A DNA stretch of 64,000 nt, from contig OZ024743.1 of assembly GCA_964016885.1 (NCBI GenBank), positions 330,708,001-330,772,000 on the forward strand, read 5' to 3'. The DNA is from Eledone cirrhosa. Lineage: Eukaryota. This document shows, in pieces, positions 1-11,337 of this stretch. Position numbers and translations under genes: made by a program. Numbering within the stretch: the first letter of the stretch is position 1; every line of letters starts with the position of its first letter. The notes under the pieces were generated by a model that had not been told where the DNA came from, ran no database searches, and saw only the letters and a program-made list of their open reading frames with translations.

Positions 1-1097
1 AAGCTAAGTCTTTTTTAAACCGGTCGAGGGCGTGACCACTTTTATGGCTCGATAAAGTCAGTCCATCGTCACGGTATATTCCCGTGTGGAAGTCCGGGAA
101 TCTAATACGTAATATGTCTAAGATAAAAAGGCCAACCAAGTCACATACGTCAGCACTGTCAAACGATCCCATGGAGACGTCGAACAGGTCTGAAGATGTA
201 GACTTCTTTGCCCAGGCTACTCCGTCGTTGAAGAGGAGGGTTTTCCGGCAGTGAGCGATGATTTCCCTGTCTAAACCATCGACGGTGGTATAAGTGGTAG
301 CGAAGTCCAACGCTTTGTTTAACAGGGTCTCTGAGATCGACGGGTAAAAATCTACAATGTCAAACTGTGTAAACTTCGCTTTTTTGGATTTTAAGGAGTT
401 AAACCACTTAATTACGGAGTCGCTGTTCTCCCACTGGGGCAGGTTGGACTTGGTCCTAATAGCCTTAACTATGTTTCTATGTATGGCCTTACTGACTAGT
501 CCCATATCTGTGCGTGCCGTGTTTATTAGTCTGCATGTGGGGTTAGAAGTAAAGTCAACCTTGTGATCTTTCAGGGTGAGGAATGCCTCTCGCTTAGCTA
601 GAGATTGTAGCTTCTTATCTACCTTAAGGTCGGTGGCGAGTTCCTTGGCTTCTGTATTAATGTCGTGGTAGGCCATAGGGTAGCTTTCTTATATTTAGAA
701 GTAATAGCGTTATGGGCCAGGTGGCAGAAAGTGGTGTTGTCGACTTCGTAAATATTGTTAGTTTTGTCGGAAAGGACGAAGGTGTTATTAGAAGACCTAA
801 ATTTCTTAATATCGTTTCTGAGTTTCGTTTGAAAGGTGTTAGTGTGTTTGCGAAAGGAAATGTTAGCGACTAAGTCAAGAAGGTCCGTCTCGAAAGGAGC
901 AAGTTCGGTTACCTTAGGAGGATAGGCTCTCGATTTCAGGTTGAAGGTGTTGTTTGTGCCTGTAATTTTGCCGTCGAAAGCGAGGGCTCGCCATATTAAG
1001 CGTCTGACGACATCTTCCGCTTTTTGTAGGAGGAGCTTTTGGTAAACATGGTTGGAGGGAGTTGGAATGTTCTTCAGGGAGTAATTCAGTTCGTATA
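1..1097 (-). pseudogene. PLE family 1 (Hydra-clade-like), N-terminal/RT part, frameshifted, runs off the left window edge
   Basis: Minus ORF has LNYSLKNIP...WRA...SDKTNNIY. After frameshifts near 600-670 it reads TLKDHK..F...P.CRLIN, FTQFDIVDFYPSI, FDVSMGSFDSADVCDLVG and IYRDDGL (RT motifs). Confidence 0.9.
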
Positions 1098-1913
1098 AAT
1101 GAAGGCCCACAACATCAGCAGCCCTAGTAGCAACACCCCACCAGGGTGCTCTTGCCGTAAGCCTGAAGCTTTTCCCCTTCAACAACAATGCAGCAGACCA
1201 GCTGTAATCTATGAAGTTGTGGTCACTTCCAACCGACCAAACGAACCACAGGAGGTCAAATCCTATGTGGGCATGGCGGAGCAGCCGATTCAAGGAGCGT
1301 TTCCTAAACCAGCAGTCTACCTTCAGATACCCGGACAGACGTTCATTCACGAAACACGCGAGCCACATATGGTCCCTCAAGGACTCAAGTATAGGGTACT
1401 CCATTCAATGGAAAGCCATCACTAAGTCCAAGCCATACGCAAGGGGAAATCCGACGTGTGGCTTATGTATTGACGAACGAATAACTATCCTAAAGAGATT
1501 ACGCAATAGTGATTGCCTAAACAAGAGAAGTGAATTTTTCAGACGTTGTCCACACGTCACCAAACATCTATCACATAACTACAAGGCTCCGGACTGGTTC
1601 TTTGTAATTTTATTTTTTAATTTTTTATTTTATTTTCAATCAAATAACTTTCCGGACTTTCGCAGTTATCTCCCTTACACTCCCCGCACGTAGTCTACTA
1701 TTGCCTGTGTGAAGTGAGCGAGTTTCTGCGCATGCGCGTTCGTACAGTTGTCCTTCCTGTTCCTATAACCATATACATCCCGAGCTGAAGATCCGCGAAG
1801 GTGAAACAATTGTTCTCGGTATAGTGAACTAACTGTTGTGTAACCACTTCTATCTAACTCGTCCCTTGGACTGAGTGCTCTACCACTACGGATATTACCT
1901 TCCAGTGTTCCAC

Positions 1914-1916
<3 letters not shown>
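1098..1916 (+). mobile_element. PLE 3' end (GIY-YIG endonuclease plus 3' UTR/pLTR), head-to-head with the minus-strand RT
   Basis: CSCR...FPL...C, VIYEV, SYVGM, RFKERF, CGLC..E, LNKRSE..C.H across two frames (frameshift ~1285); ends in (TA)n at 1917. Confidence 0.88.
1780..1819 (+). ncRNA. Type-I minimal hammerhead ribozyme
   Basis: ccgag-CTGAAGA-tccgcgaaggt-GAAA-caattg-TT-ctcgg; stem I ccgag/ctcgg, palindromic stem III. Confidence 0.8.
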
Positions 1917-1988
<72 letters not shown>

Positions 1989-1989
1989 A

Positions 1990-2262
1990 GTCTGTCTCAA
2001 GCCATGAGACTCATTAGGTCGGAGCTTATCCCGATTTAGTGGCGTGAAGTGACTGAGAGTACAAGTCTCCTCGCTGGAGAGAACGCCAGTCTATCGCAGA
2101 GTTAATCCGCCGGTTATTGCTTGGTATTCATTTTCAGGTGAGTATACTAGAGCAACATGAAATGAAGTGTTTTGTTCAAGTCCACAACACTCAACCCAGC
2201 CCAGGAATCGAGCCCACAGCATTATGATTGTAAGTCCAACACCCTTACCACTAGAACACGCG
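1990..2262 (-). mobile_element. tRNA-derived SINE (partial second copy ~2440-2485)
   Basis: Minus strand reads ctagtggtaagg (A box)...gctcgattcc (B box)...ttgaacaaaacacttcatttcatgttgctc core. Confidence 0.7.
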
Positions 2263-2484
2263 TATATATATATTCTTGTTTATTGAGAGAATAGTAGTCA
2301 AATGCTCTCGAAATAATGATAGAAATAGAAACCGGTTCAGCAAATCTATGTCCTTCTATCTTCTGTGCGTGTATGTAAAAGACAATCCCGTATAACTACT
2401 TAAAGTAAAGGTTTTTCTTGAGCATTAATCCTCATTACACTGTAATTTATTCCGATTTTAGTGGCGTTAAGCGACTAAGAGTCA

Positions 2485-2485
<1 letters not shown>

Positions 2486-2527
<42 letters not shown>

Positions 2528-3288
2528 ATATATATATATATATATGTATTTTATATATATGTATGTATATTTTATATGTGTATATATATTATATATATAT
2601 ATATTTTATATATGTATATATATTTTATATGTATATATATTTTATTTCTATATATATATACTTTGCGTACATATATATACACACCTGTATGGATTTTTGT
2701 GTGTGGATGTGTGTGTGTCTGAGGAGATAGTTGTGAGTGTATGTACAAGTCAACCAACATATGCCTTTTTTTCTAAATTTTCTAAACTATCTAAGTATTT
2801 GACTCTAACCATTATATAAGTATTACCACCTCACATTAATTCCTCAATTTGTATGTGTGGATGTGTGTGTGTGTCTGTGGAGGTGGGTGTGAGTGTACAT
2901 GCAAACCAACCTACATAAGTCTTTTTATTTGTAAATTTTCTACTCTAACCATAATTTTCAGTAGCACCACTCCACATAAATTCCTCAATTTAAGAATGAC
3001 CTGTAATATCTATTTCATACTATTAACCTTAATTGAATATATATCTGACCAGGAATGCTTTTTGTGAAAATCAGTCATATGGAACTATTGTCATCTTGCC
3101 TGACGGTTTGAACTTTACAACACCACCTGCCTCTTTGAGGTCAAATACCAACCCTACTACCATCTACAAACTGACTAATGAGAATTAAGACTATTCCTGC
3201 TGACAACATTAAATTATTCCTAACAAGCTCATATGTCCCAAGGCTCTAATACCACCAACACTATAAACACAGAGCTGGCATATCTAAG
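2486..3288 (+). repeat. Upstream direct copy (pseudo-LTR) of the family-2 PLE 3' UTR
   Basis: 2660-3287 closely matches 5818-6433, and the preceding TA/TG-rich block also matches. Confidence 0.9.
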
Positions 3289-3510
3289 GCTGTGGAGCAT
3301 GAGGTAAGCAAGAAAGTAAATGTTGGTAAAATCCAGTACTTCAGTATGCGGATAGGGAGCACTCAACGAAGATATAAGTTCCGGAGTTATAATACTGATG
3401 AAACATAAGTCAATTGCATGAACTCATAATCCTTTATTTACTGCTATATATATTTCGATGATGGCCATTGAGTGGCTATGACCTCATTAGGCAGTTAGTC
3501 AGTTCTTAAG
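3289..3510 (-). repeat. Inverted family-2 pLTR end (hammerhead plus long tail)
   Basis: ~3395-3508 is the reverse complement of 6431-6542; the extra ~105 nt tail contains GAGTGCT (3358-3364, minus). Confidence 0.85.
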
Positions 3511-3551
3511 CAATAACCGGCGGACCGCAGCCAAATAATTTTGACATTACA

Positions 3552-5243
3552 ATGGGCTCCAGTGACTCCGCGCAGCTAACGGACTTGGTTGGGATATACA
3601 TACTCTACGAGATCAGGAGAGAAATACCCAACCTGGGTGGCGGGCTGTACCGAGACGACGCACGCTTCACCGTAGTGGACCACAGCACCACAATGGTCGA
3701 AAATTTGAAGAGGAGAATTAGGCACTTCTTTAGCAAGGTAGGACTTAAAGTAGAGATAGAACCCAATAGAAAAGTAGTGAATTTCCTGGACACCACCCTC
3801 AACCTCAACACCAAGCTACACCACCCATATCATAAACCCAATGAGAAGCTGGTGTATATCAACGCTGGGTCCAATCACCCTAGATCTATAGTTAAGGCCG
3901 TAGTTAAGAGTGTCTCTGACAGGATCTCTAACTTGTCGGCCAATAAAGAGATCTTCAATAGTAACGCTGATTACTATAACTCAGCGCTAGCCAAGGCGTC
4001 CCACAGCCATAGGATCAGCTACAACCCTAAGGGACATTATCGAGATGACCCAAGGGTACGCCGGACCAATACCCTCAGGAGCATGAGTCGCCCACCTAAT
4101 ACCTCGGTGACCGGTAATAACACTCCCAGACCCCTATCCGTCACCACCCCCGGTAGAAGGTCCCGCATACCCCACCGGCCTAATACCTACAACGCTGAAG
4201 ACCACTGTTCTGCGGAGCATAGGCACCCCTGTACCGGCCCCACCACCTGCCGAACCCTAATAGAGCAGGGAGGCCGCACCTCGCAGGTTTATAGCCCCAC
4301 GGGGGGCCCATATAACCCTCATGATAGTGACCGCTCCGCGCACCTGAGTGACACCAACCGAGTTCTACCTGAGCTGTGCACAACCACGCGGTTGCCCACG
4401 GCGGACATCCAACAACCCCGCAAGAATAGGACCAGGAAGGTCACATGGTATAACCTTCCGTACTCGGTGGGTATACGTACCAGCTTGGCTAGAACATTCT
4501 TTAGAGTACTGGATAAATGTTTCCCTAGGGCCCTCAAGTACCATAAAATATTCAACAGGCACACGGTGAAACTTTCCTACTCAACCACACGCTCCGTAGC
4601 CCAGCACATAGCTGGCATAAATAGGAATAGACTCACTGCCTCTAATACCACCGTAAACCCCGGAGCCACCCAACAGAACCAGCACGCGGGACGCACCGGA
4701 ACCCGGACAGGCCCAACAAGCACACCGGAACCCAACGACACTGTGCTGATTGCGGTGGCTACCCAGCCAACCCCGAGTGATGGTAACCACGCGGTACATG
4801 TGGTGGGGCTTAAGAAGTCATGTAATTGCAGAGATCCATCACTATGCCCCCTTAGTAATGAATGCATGACGAAAAACGTAGTCTACAGGTGCAAGGTCAC
4901 AATCCCTAACTCGGAGCACCACTACATAGGATCCACAGCGACGAGATTCAAAGATCGGTGGTATAACCATCGCCATACCTTTAACAGAACAGATAAGAAG
5001 AAATGTACGGCCCTTTCTGAATTGATCTGGAAGCTCAAACTTGAAAAGACCCCGCACTCTCTGGTCTTGTCCGTGGTTAGAAAGGTTCCCCCAGACAGAG
5101 GCGGGTCTGGTATTTGCAACCTCTGTCTTAGTGAGACACTCGAGATACTTCATGTCGGAACCAAGCTATTAGACAGAAGGGCCGACTTATTCGGTGCCTG
5201 CAGACACCTAAGGATGGGAACTTTCCTCAAGCTATATGGATAA
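3552..5243 (+). CDS. 5'-truncated PLE family 2 ORF: RT C-half, long linkers, GIY-YIG
   Basis: FDITMGSSDSA, GLYRDD, VNFLDTTLNL, SNHP, VTWYN.P, CNCR...CPL..C, VVY..YIG, CNLC..E. Confidence 0.92.
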   Translation: MGSSDSAQLTDLVGIYILYEIRREIPNLGGGLYRDDARFTVVDHSTTMVENLKRRIRHFFSKVGLKVEIEPNRKVVNFLDTTLNLNTKLHHPYHKPNEKLVYINAGSNHPRSIVKAVVKSVSDRISNLSANKEIFNSNADYYNSALAKASHSHRISYNPKGHYRDDPRVRRTNTLRSMSRPPNTSVTGNNTPRPLSVTTPGRRSRIPHRPNTYNAEDHCSAEHRHPCTGPTTCRTLIEQGGRTSQVYSPTGGPYNPHDSDRSAHLSDTNRVLPELCTTTRLPTADIQQPRKNRTRKVTWYNLPYSVGIRTSLARTFFRVLDKCFPRALKYHKIFNRHTVKLSYSTTRSVAQHIAGINRNRLTASNTTVNPGATQQNQHAGRTGTRTGPTSTPEPNDTVLIAVATQPTPSDGNHAVHVVGLKKSCNCRDPSLCPLSNECMTKNVVYRCKVTIPNSEHHYIGSTATRFKDRWYNHRHTFNRTDKKKCTALSELIWKLKLEKTPHSLVLSVVRKVPPDRGGSGICNLCLSETLEILHVGTKLLDRRADLFGACRHLRMGTFLKLYG

Positions 5244-6442
5244 ACCCCGGTTACGGCCTCCCACAACGCCCCCCCCCCTCCTTGTAGGTCCCCTACACCC
5301 CGTACCAATGACCAATGAACAACAACAACCACCCTTAGTTTGTGGTCCCTATGGTGGATGGTCCACCGGATCCTCTACTGGTTAGGAGTCATCAAAACCA
5401 TGTTTTGTTGAACCTGATTTTATATATATATGTATACATATATCATGTGTATATATATATGTATTTTATATGTGTATATATGTGTATTTTATATATATGT
5501 ATGTATATATATGTATATATTTTATAAATATATGTATGTGTATGTGTATTTTATATGTATATATGTATGTATGTTTTATGTGTGTATATATTTTATATGT
5601 GTAGATGTTTGTATTTTATATATATATATATACATATGTATATATTTTATATATATATGTATTTTATATATATATATGTATGTATATTTTATATGTGTAT
5701 ATATTTTATATATATATATATATTTTATATATGTATATATATTTTATATATATATGTAATTTATATGTATATATATTTTATATATATATATATATTATAT
5801 ATATATATATATATATACTTGTGCGTACATATATATACACACCTGTATGAATTTGTGTGTGTGTGTGGGGCGGTAGGTGTGAGTGTATGTACAAGTCAAC
5901 CAACATATGCCTTTTTTTCTAAATTTTCTAAACTATCTAAGTATTTGACTCTAACCATTATATAAGTATTACCACCCCACATTAATTCCTCAATTTGTAT
6001 GTGTGGATGTGTGTGTGTGTCTGTGGAGGTGGGTGTGAATGTAGTGCAAACCAACCTACATAAGTCTTTTTATTTGTAAATTTTCTACTCTAACCATAAT
6101 TTTCAGTAACACCACTCCACATAAATTCCTCAATTTAAGAATGACCTGTAATATCTATTTCATACTATTAACCTTAATTGAATATATATCTGACCAGGAA
6201 TGCTTTTTGTGAAAATCAGTCATATGGAACTATTGACATCTTGCCTGACGGTTTGAACTTTACAACACCACCTGTCTCTTTGAGGTCAAATACCAATCCT
6301 ACTACCATCTACAAACTGACCAATGAGAATTAAGACTATTCCTGCTGACAACATTAAATTATTTCTAACAAGCTCATATGTCCCAAGGGTCTGATACCAT
6401 CAACACTATAAACACAGAGCTGGCATATCTAAGAACTGACTA

Positions 6443-6498
6443 ACTACCTGATGAGGTCATAGCCACTCAATGGCCATCATCGAAATATATATAGCAGT
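6443..6498 (+). ncRNA. Type-I hammerhead, family-2 pLTR
   Basis: actac-CTGATGA-ggtcatagcc...ggccatcatc-GAAA-tatata-TA-gcagt; the inverted copy gives the paired stem actgc/gcagt. Confidence 0.75.
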
Positions 6499-6541
6499 AA
6501 ATAAAGGATTATGAGTTCATGCAATTGACGTATGTTTCGTC

Positions 6542-6600
<59 letters not shown>

Positions 6601-6602
<2 letters not shown>

Positions 6603-7231
6603 CGAGAATCTTTCTTTACAACGAAGGCCGTATGGTCTCCGTTTATTTTTGAGATTCGAAACCGATTCGGTAAAGGTAACTATAGTAAGTAAAGTTAATT
6701 TTTTAAAATTTATTTTGAAACTTTTTCATTATTTGCTAAACCTTGATTATATATGTTCTGGCTCGTTAATTTATTAACCTGCCATTGAACCACATTGGCA
6801 TATGGTTGGACAATACATGTGTCCCTTAGAGCCTTGTGCGTCTGGGGAACACATATCCTATTATTACTTAGCTCCTCTATGTTGAGAAAAAAAGTTGGTC
6901 GTTCCGACTGCTGCTAGCGATAGTGGTAGCCGATTGACCTACCTTCCTCTGCCTCTATCTTTACTTTCGGCCCTTGAAAAAATTGATTCCACTTCATTTA
7001 CTCTCATCTCGGGAACAGTTTTGGTTAGCGCTAGTTCGTAATTTAAATTCAAGAATTTTATATTCTTCGAATGAAAAGAACCTTCTGACGAGAATCTTTC
7101 TTTGCAACGAAGGCCGTATGGTCTCCGTTTATTTTTGAGATTCGAAACCGATTCGGTAAAGGTAACTATAGTAAGTAAAGTTAATTTTTGAAAATTTATT
7201 TTGAAACTTTTTCATTATTTGCTAAACCTTG

Positions 7232-7235
<4 letters not shown>
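6601..7235 (+). mobile_element. ORF-less retrozyme-like / non-autonomous PLE derivative, 486-nt unit with ~150-bp terminal direct repeats
   Basis: 6601-6750 matches 7087-7235; hammerhead lies in the repeat; (TA)n on both sides. Confidence 0.8.
7080..7163 (+). ncRNA. Type-I hammerhead ribozyme
   Basis: acctt-CTGACGA-gaatct...agattc-GAAA-ccgattcgg-TA-aaggt; GUA cleavage triplet. Confidence 0.88.
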
Positions 7236-7307
<72 letters not shown>

Positions 7308-7341
7308 CGATTCTTTGCTTAGACTTTAATCTGTTACTTTA

Positions 7342-7378
<37 letters not shown>

Positions 7379-7381
<3 letters not shown>

Positions 7382-7567
7382 CATGGAAGGGTCGGAAAGT
7401 GCTCCACTACGGAGGTAGGAGCTAGATAACGAAGGAAGTGAGGTGAACCATAACGCACCAGTGTACTCGATACTTTGTTAGCTGTTTTAGTGGACTAGCG
7501 GTAGGTACTAGAGACGTTGGCGATCCCGGTCTTGGGTTCAATCCTAGTCGAGAGGTACATGTAATCT
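7379..7567. mobile_element. Chimera: antisense family-3-like PLE tail/5' UTR fused to a tRNA-like head
   Basis: 7379-7474 resembles the reverse complement of 11188-11293; 7489-7545 has tggactagcgg (A box) and ggttcaatcc (B box). Confidence 0.6.
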
Positions 7568-7684
7568 TTATATATATATATATATATATATATAATAAAA
7601 TGTGGAGAGGGAAAAAGAGAGAAAAAAATAAAAAGGGAAAAAATTTTTTTTTTTTCCTAATAATCGTCTTTTTGTCCCTGTTTT

Positions 7685-7762
<78 letters not shown>

Positions 7763-8357
7763 ATCTATAAAGTATACACACACACACACATATATATATA
7801 TATATTTATATATATATATATATAACATGAAGGGTTTCATAGCATAGGATAAACATAACTCCCACAACGATTATAAATAACTACAATGTTGCTGTAATAA
7901 ATATTCAGCTACTTTTTAGAGAAACTGAGTGCACGGAAACCTATGTATTTAGCACTTTATTGTTACGAATAGCAGCAGGAGTCGGTACAACACAACCACG
8001 GTCATTTGGGAGGTTAAAGATATCAAATATAAACACATTTTTTATAAACAGAGGAAAAAAGCAGACATTTCTTTCGCAAACCAACATCTATATAATCAGC
8101 TATTTTCGTCAGATTTATGTTTTTTGCCGTTGGGCTTTAGTGTTAATCATAAAAGGATTCCACACGAGAGACACCGGCCTACCAGTCGCACAGAAGCGGC
8201 AACTACAAAGGAGTTTACATCGGGAAATTACTACTAAACTGTTGCTCCCATTAAAATATGCAAATATATGAACACACAGTTGTACTAGCTCAACTACATA
8301 CATACATATACATACATACACGCTCGCCTACACAAACGTACAACACACACACACACA

Positions 8358-8401
<44 letters not shown>

Positions 8402-8424
8402 CAAAAACGTACAATCTCTCTCAA

Positions 8425-8478
<54 letters not shown>

Positions 8479-8502
8479 ATGCTTACATATATATATTTAT
8501 TA

Positions 8503-8543
<41 letters not shown>

Positions 8544-8904
8544 TCAAAAACGTACAATCTCTCTCTCTCACACACACGCACATATATATATATATATGTG
8601 TGTGTGTATGCTTACATGTATATATTTATATATACGTATACATACATATATATATATATATATATATGTGTGCTTGTGAGATACGTTTGTGAAGGTAAGT
8701 GTAGGCGCGCGTATATGTGTATGTTTATGTATGTATGTTTATGTATTATGTTTATGTATGTATGTGGATGAGTGTTTGTGTGTGTGTGTATATGTGTATG
8801 TGTGTATATGTATATGTGTGTAAATATATACATATATGTATGAATCAGGAATCATTAGTGGCTACCGTCAACATATGACTCACTGCACCTAACAACCTTT
8901 TATC

Positions 8905-9142
8905 TATCATCATAGTCATCGCCATCATCATCGCCATCATCATCATCGCCATCATCCTTATCGTCGTCGTCGACTCGTCATATTCATCATCATCATCACC
9001 ATAATCAACATCATCATCCTCATTATCGTCATCGTATTCATCATCATCATCATCATCATCATCATAATCCTCACCACCATCATCACCATATTTAACATCA
9101 TCATCATCATCGTAATCCCCACTATCATCATCATCATCATCA
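8905..9142. repeat. Degenerate (CAT)n microsatellite
   Basis: Runs of catcat/cgccat. Confidence 0.9.
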
Positions 9143-9257
9143 GTAAGTCTTCCTTAGTTTTAATCAGGATGTCAGAATGCCAATATTGTCGATATAGATC
9201 TATATATATCACTAGATCTATATTGTAGATATAGATCTAGCGAAATATCAGAACATT

Positions 9258-9325
<68 letters not shown>

Positions 9326-9329
<4 letters not shown>

Positions 9330-9532
9330 AACAAGTATGACCCGACGGCAGAGCTCAAGCCGTTTCGACGGCTAATTCTGGACTAAAAAATTAGTCCAGA
9401 ATTAGCCGTCGAAACGGCTTGAGCTCTGCCGTCGGGGTCATACTTGTTACTATTACCCACTCTACTACCCTAAGTATTGAGTACTTTGGTGCGTTATGGT
9501 CCATCTGGTTCCTTACCACATTTCCTTCGTTA
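9326..9532 (+). mobile_element. Hairpin mini-element derived from the family-3 PLE end
   Basis: ~60-bp inverted arms centred ~9388 plus an ~80-nt tail matching 11170-11245; TA flanks. Confidence 0.88.
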
Positions 9533-9760
9533 TATATATATACACAGTCATATATATACACGTATGTATATATATATATATATATATTGGATTTTCTAAT
9601 TGGATCTTCACTCTGAAAGTAGACATATACCAGGAGTCTACCTGAACTTCCACCAGGAAATCTTTCCCTATCACTGATATTTTCTTTGCTTCATACATTA
9701 TATATATATATATATATATAGATATATATATATATATATATATATATAGATATATATATA

Positions 9761-9960
9761 TAACGAACGAATTGTAGTACGGAACCAGATGGACTATAAC
9801 GCACCAGAGTACTCAATACTTATGGTAGTAGAGTGGGTAATAGGAAAAAATATATATGACCCCGACGGCAGAGCTCAAGCCGTTTCGACGGCTATTTCTA
9901 GTCTAGAAATAGCCGTCGAAACGGCTTGAGCACTGCCGTCGTGGTCATATCTTTTCCTAT
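9761..9960 (-). mobile_element. Hairpin mini-element, family 3, opposite orientation
   Basis: Long tail on the left, palindrome centre ~9902, short end ttcctat on the right; TA flanks. Confidence 0.85.
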
Positions 9961-9977
9961 AGATATATATATATATG

Positions 9978-10581
9978 GTGGCTGCCAACTTGTTTTCGAG
10001 TACGGCCACTACTTTATATCCATATAGGAGAACCCCTACCGATGCGCTGAACGAGGGTGACTTTTTAGTTCAGCCAGCGACTTGAAAACTCTGGTACAAA
10101 CACTACACTTGTGACAATTATTGACGCATAGTGCTGGGCCCATGGTACCATGTGACGACAAGTGCAGAGAGATCTCCAGATATAAAGCAATGCCTGTGCC
10201 GTGAAGCTTTTATAGTGAGCAAAGTCACTGCACAAAGCCAGTCCCACTCTCTTAACCAAGATGATATTTACCAAAAAGAAGAACAAGTCAACATCATTGG
10301 ATACCATCAGGGTTGCAGGTGTTATATCAGAGTTTTCCTTCTCGCAGAATTCTGCCTTGACAAAGGCTAAGGGGTCATCTCTCCCGGTGATTTTGGATGG
10401 CCATTGACTCTTAAGAGCTCCTTTGCCCTTTGACAGGTTTTGTTTTTAGTCTTGCAGGGTGTCCAAAATCACCCTCCTCACCAAGAAACCTTGGTAGGGT
10501 TGCCAGTTTAGTCGCCAACGACCCGATCATGGGACAGGTTGTACTGGGATACATGTTACCAGTAGTACCAACTGGTGACCT

Positions 10582-10585
<4 letters not shown>
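9978..10585 (-). mobile_element. Unassigned ~600-bp insert in TA, possibly a 5' fragment of a non-LTR retroelement
   Basis: More GC-rich, bounded by TA. Minus gggtcgttggcgactaaactggcaaccc recalls LINE 5' UTRs; no diagnostic protein motif. Confidence 0.3.
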
Positions 10586-10644
<59 letters not shown>

Positions 10645-11337
10645 CGAATGAAATGTGGTAAGGAACCGGGTGAACCATAACGCACCAAAGTAGTCAATAC
10701 TTAGGGTAGTAGAGTGGGTAATAGGAACGAGTAGGACCCCGACGGCTGAGCTCAAGCCGTCTCGACGGCTAATTCTGGACTAAATGAACATTTTTATCCT
10801 GGTATATGAATAGCCGAGCTTCTCAGGGGGTAATTCCATATATGGTAAAAGTGATTGCCACAAGGATTGGTCAAAAGTTTGTTGTTGAGACACATAATTC
10901 TATCATGGCAATTTGTGGAAGGAAGGGGTAGCTGAACCTGCCAGTAGAAGAAAGAGGAAGAGGGGTGGAGGAAACCCAGTCGTGCGTTGATAGTGCCAAC
11001 TACAGCAGGGTTTTTGACCAATCCTTGTGACAATCACTTTTACCATATATGGAATGACCCCCTGAGAAGCTTGGCCATTCATATACCAGGATAAAAATTT
11101 TCATTTAGTCTAGTATTAGCCGTCGAAACGGCTTGAGCTCAGCCGTCGGGGTCCTACTCGTTCCTATTACCCACTCTACTACCCTAAGTATTGAGTACTT
11201 TGGTGCGTTATGGTCCACCTGGTTCCTTACCACATTTCCTTCGCTATCTAGCTCCTATTCCTGTAGTAGAGCACTTTCCGACGTTACCACGCCGTATCCA
11301 GACTTTTCCGCTAAGCTCAAGTTCTTTCACCCGCACC

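Noticed and set aside
619-1404. 261-aa minus ORF as one protein
   Set aside because: The first ~100 aa are antisense of the inverted GIY-YIG arm; only the part from YELNYSLKNIP is PLE protein.
7485-7556. Functional tRNA gene
   Set aside because: Boxes are present but no convincing cloverleaf or acceptor stem; treated as tRNA-derived.
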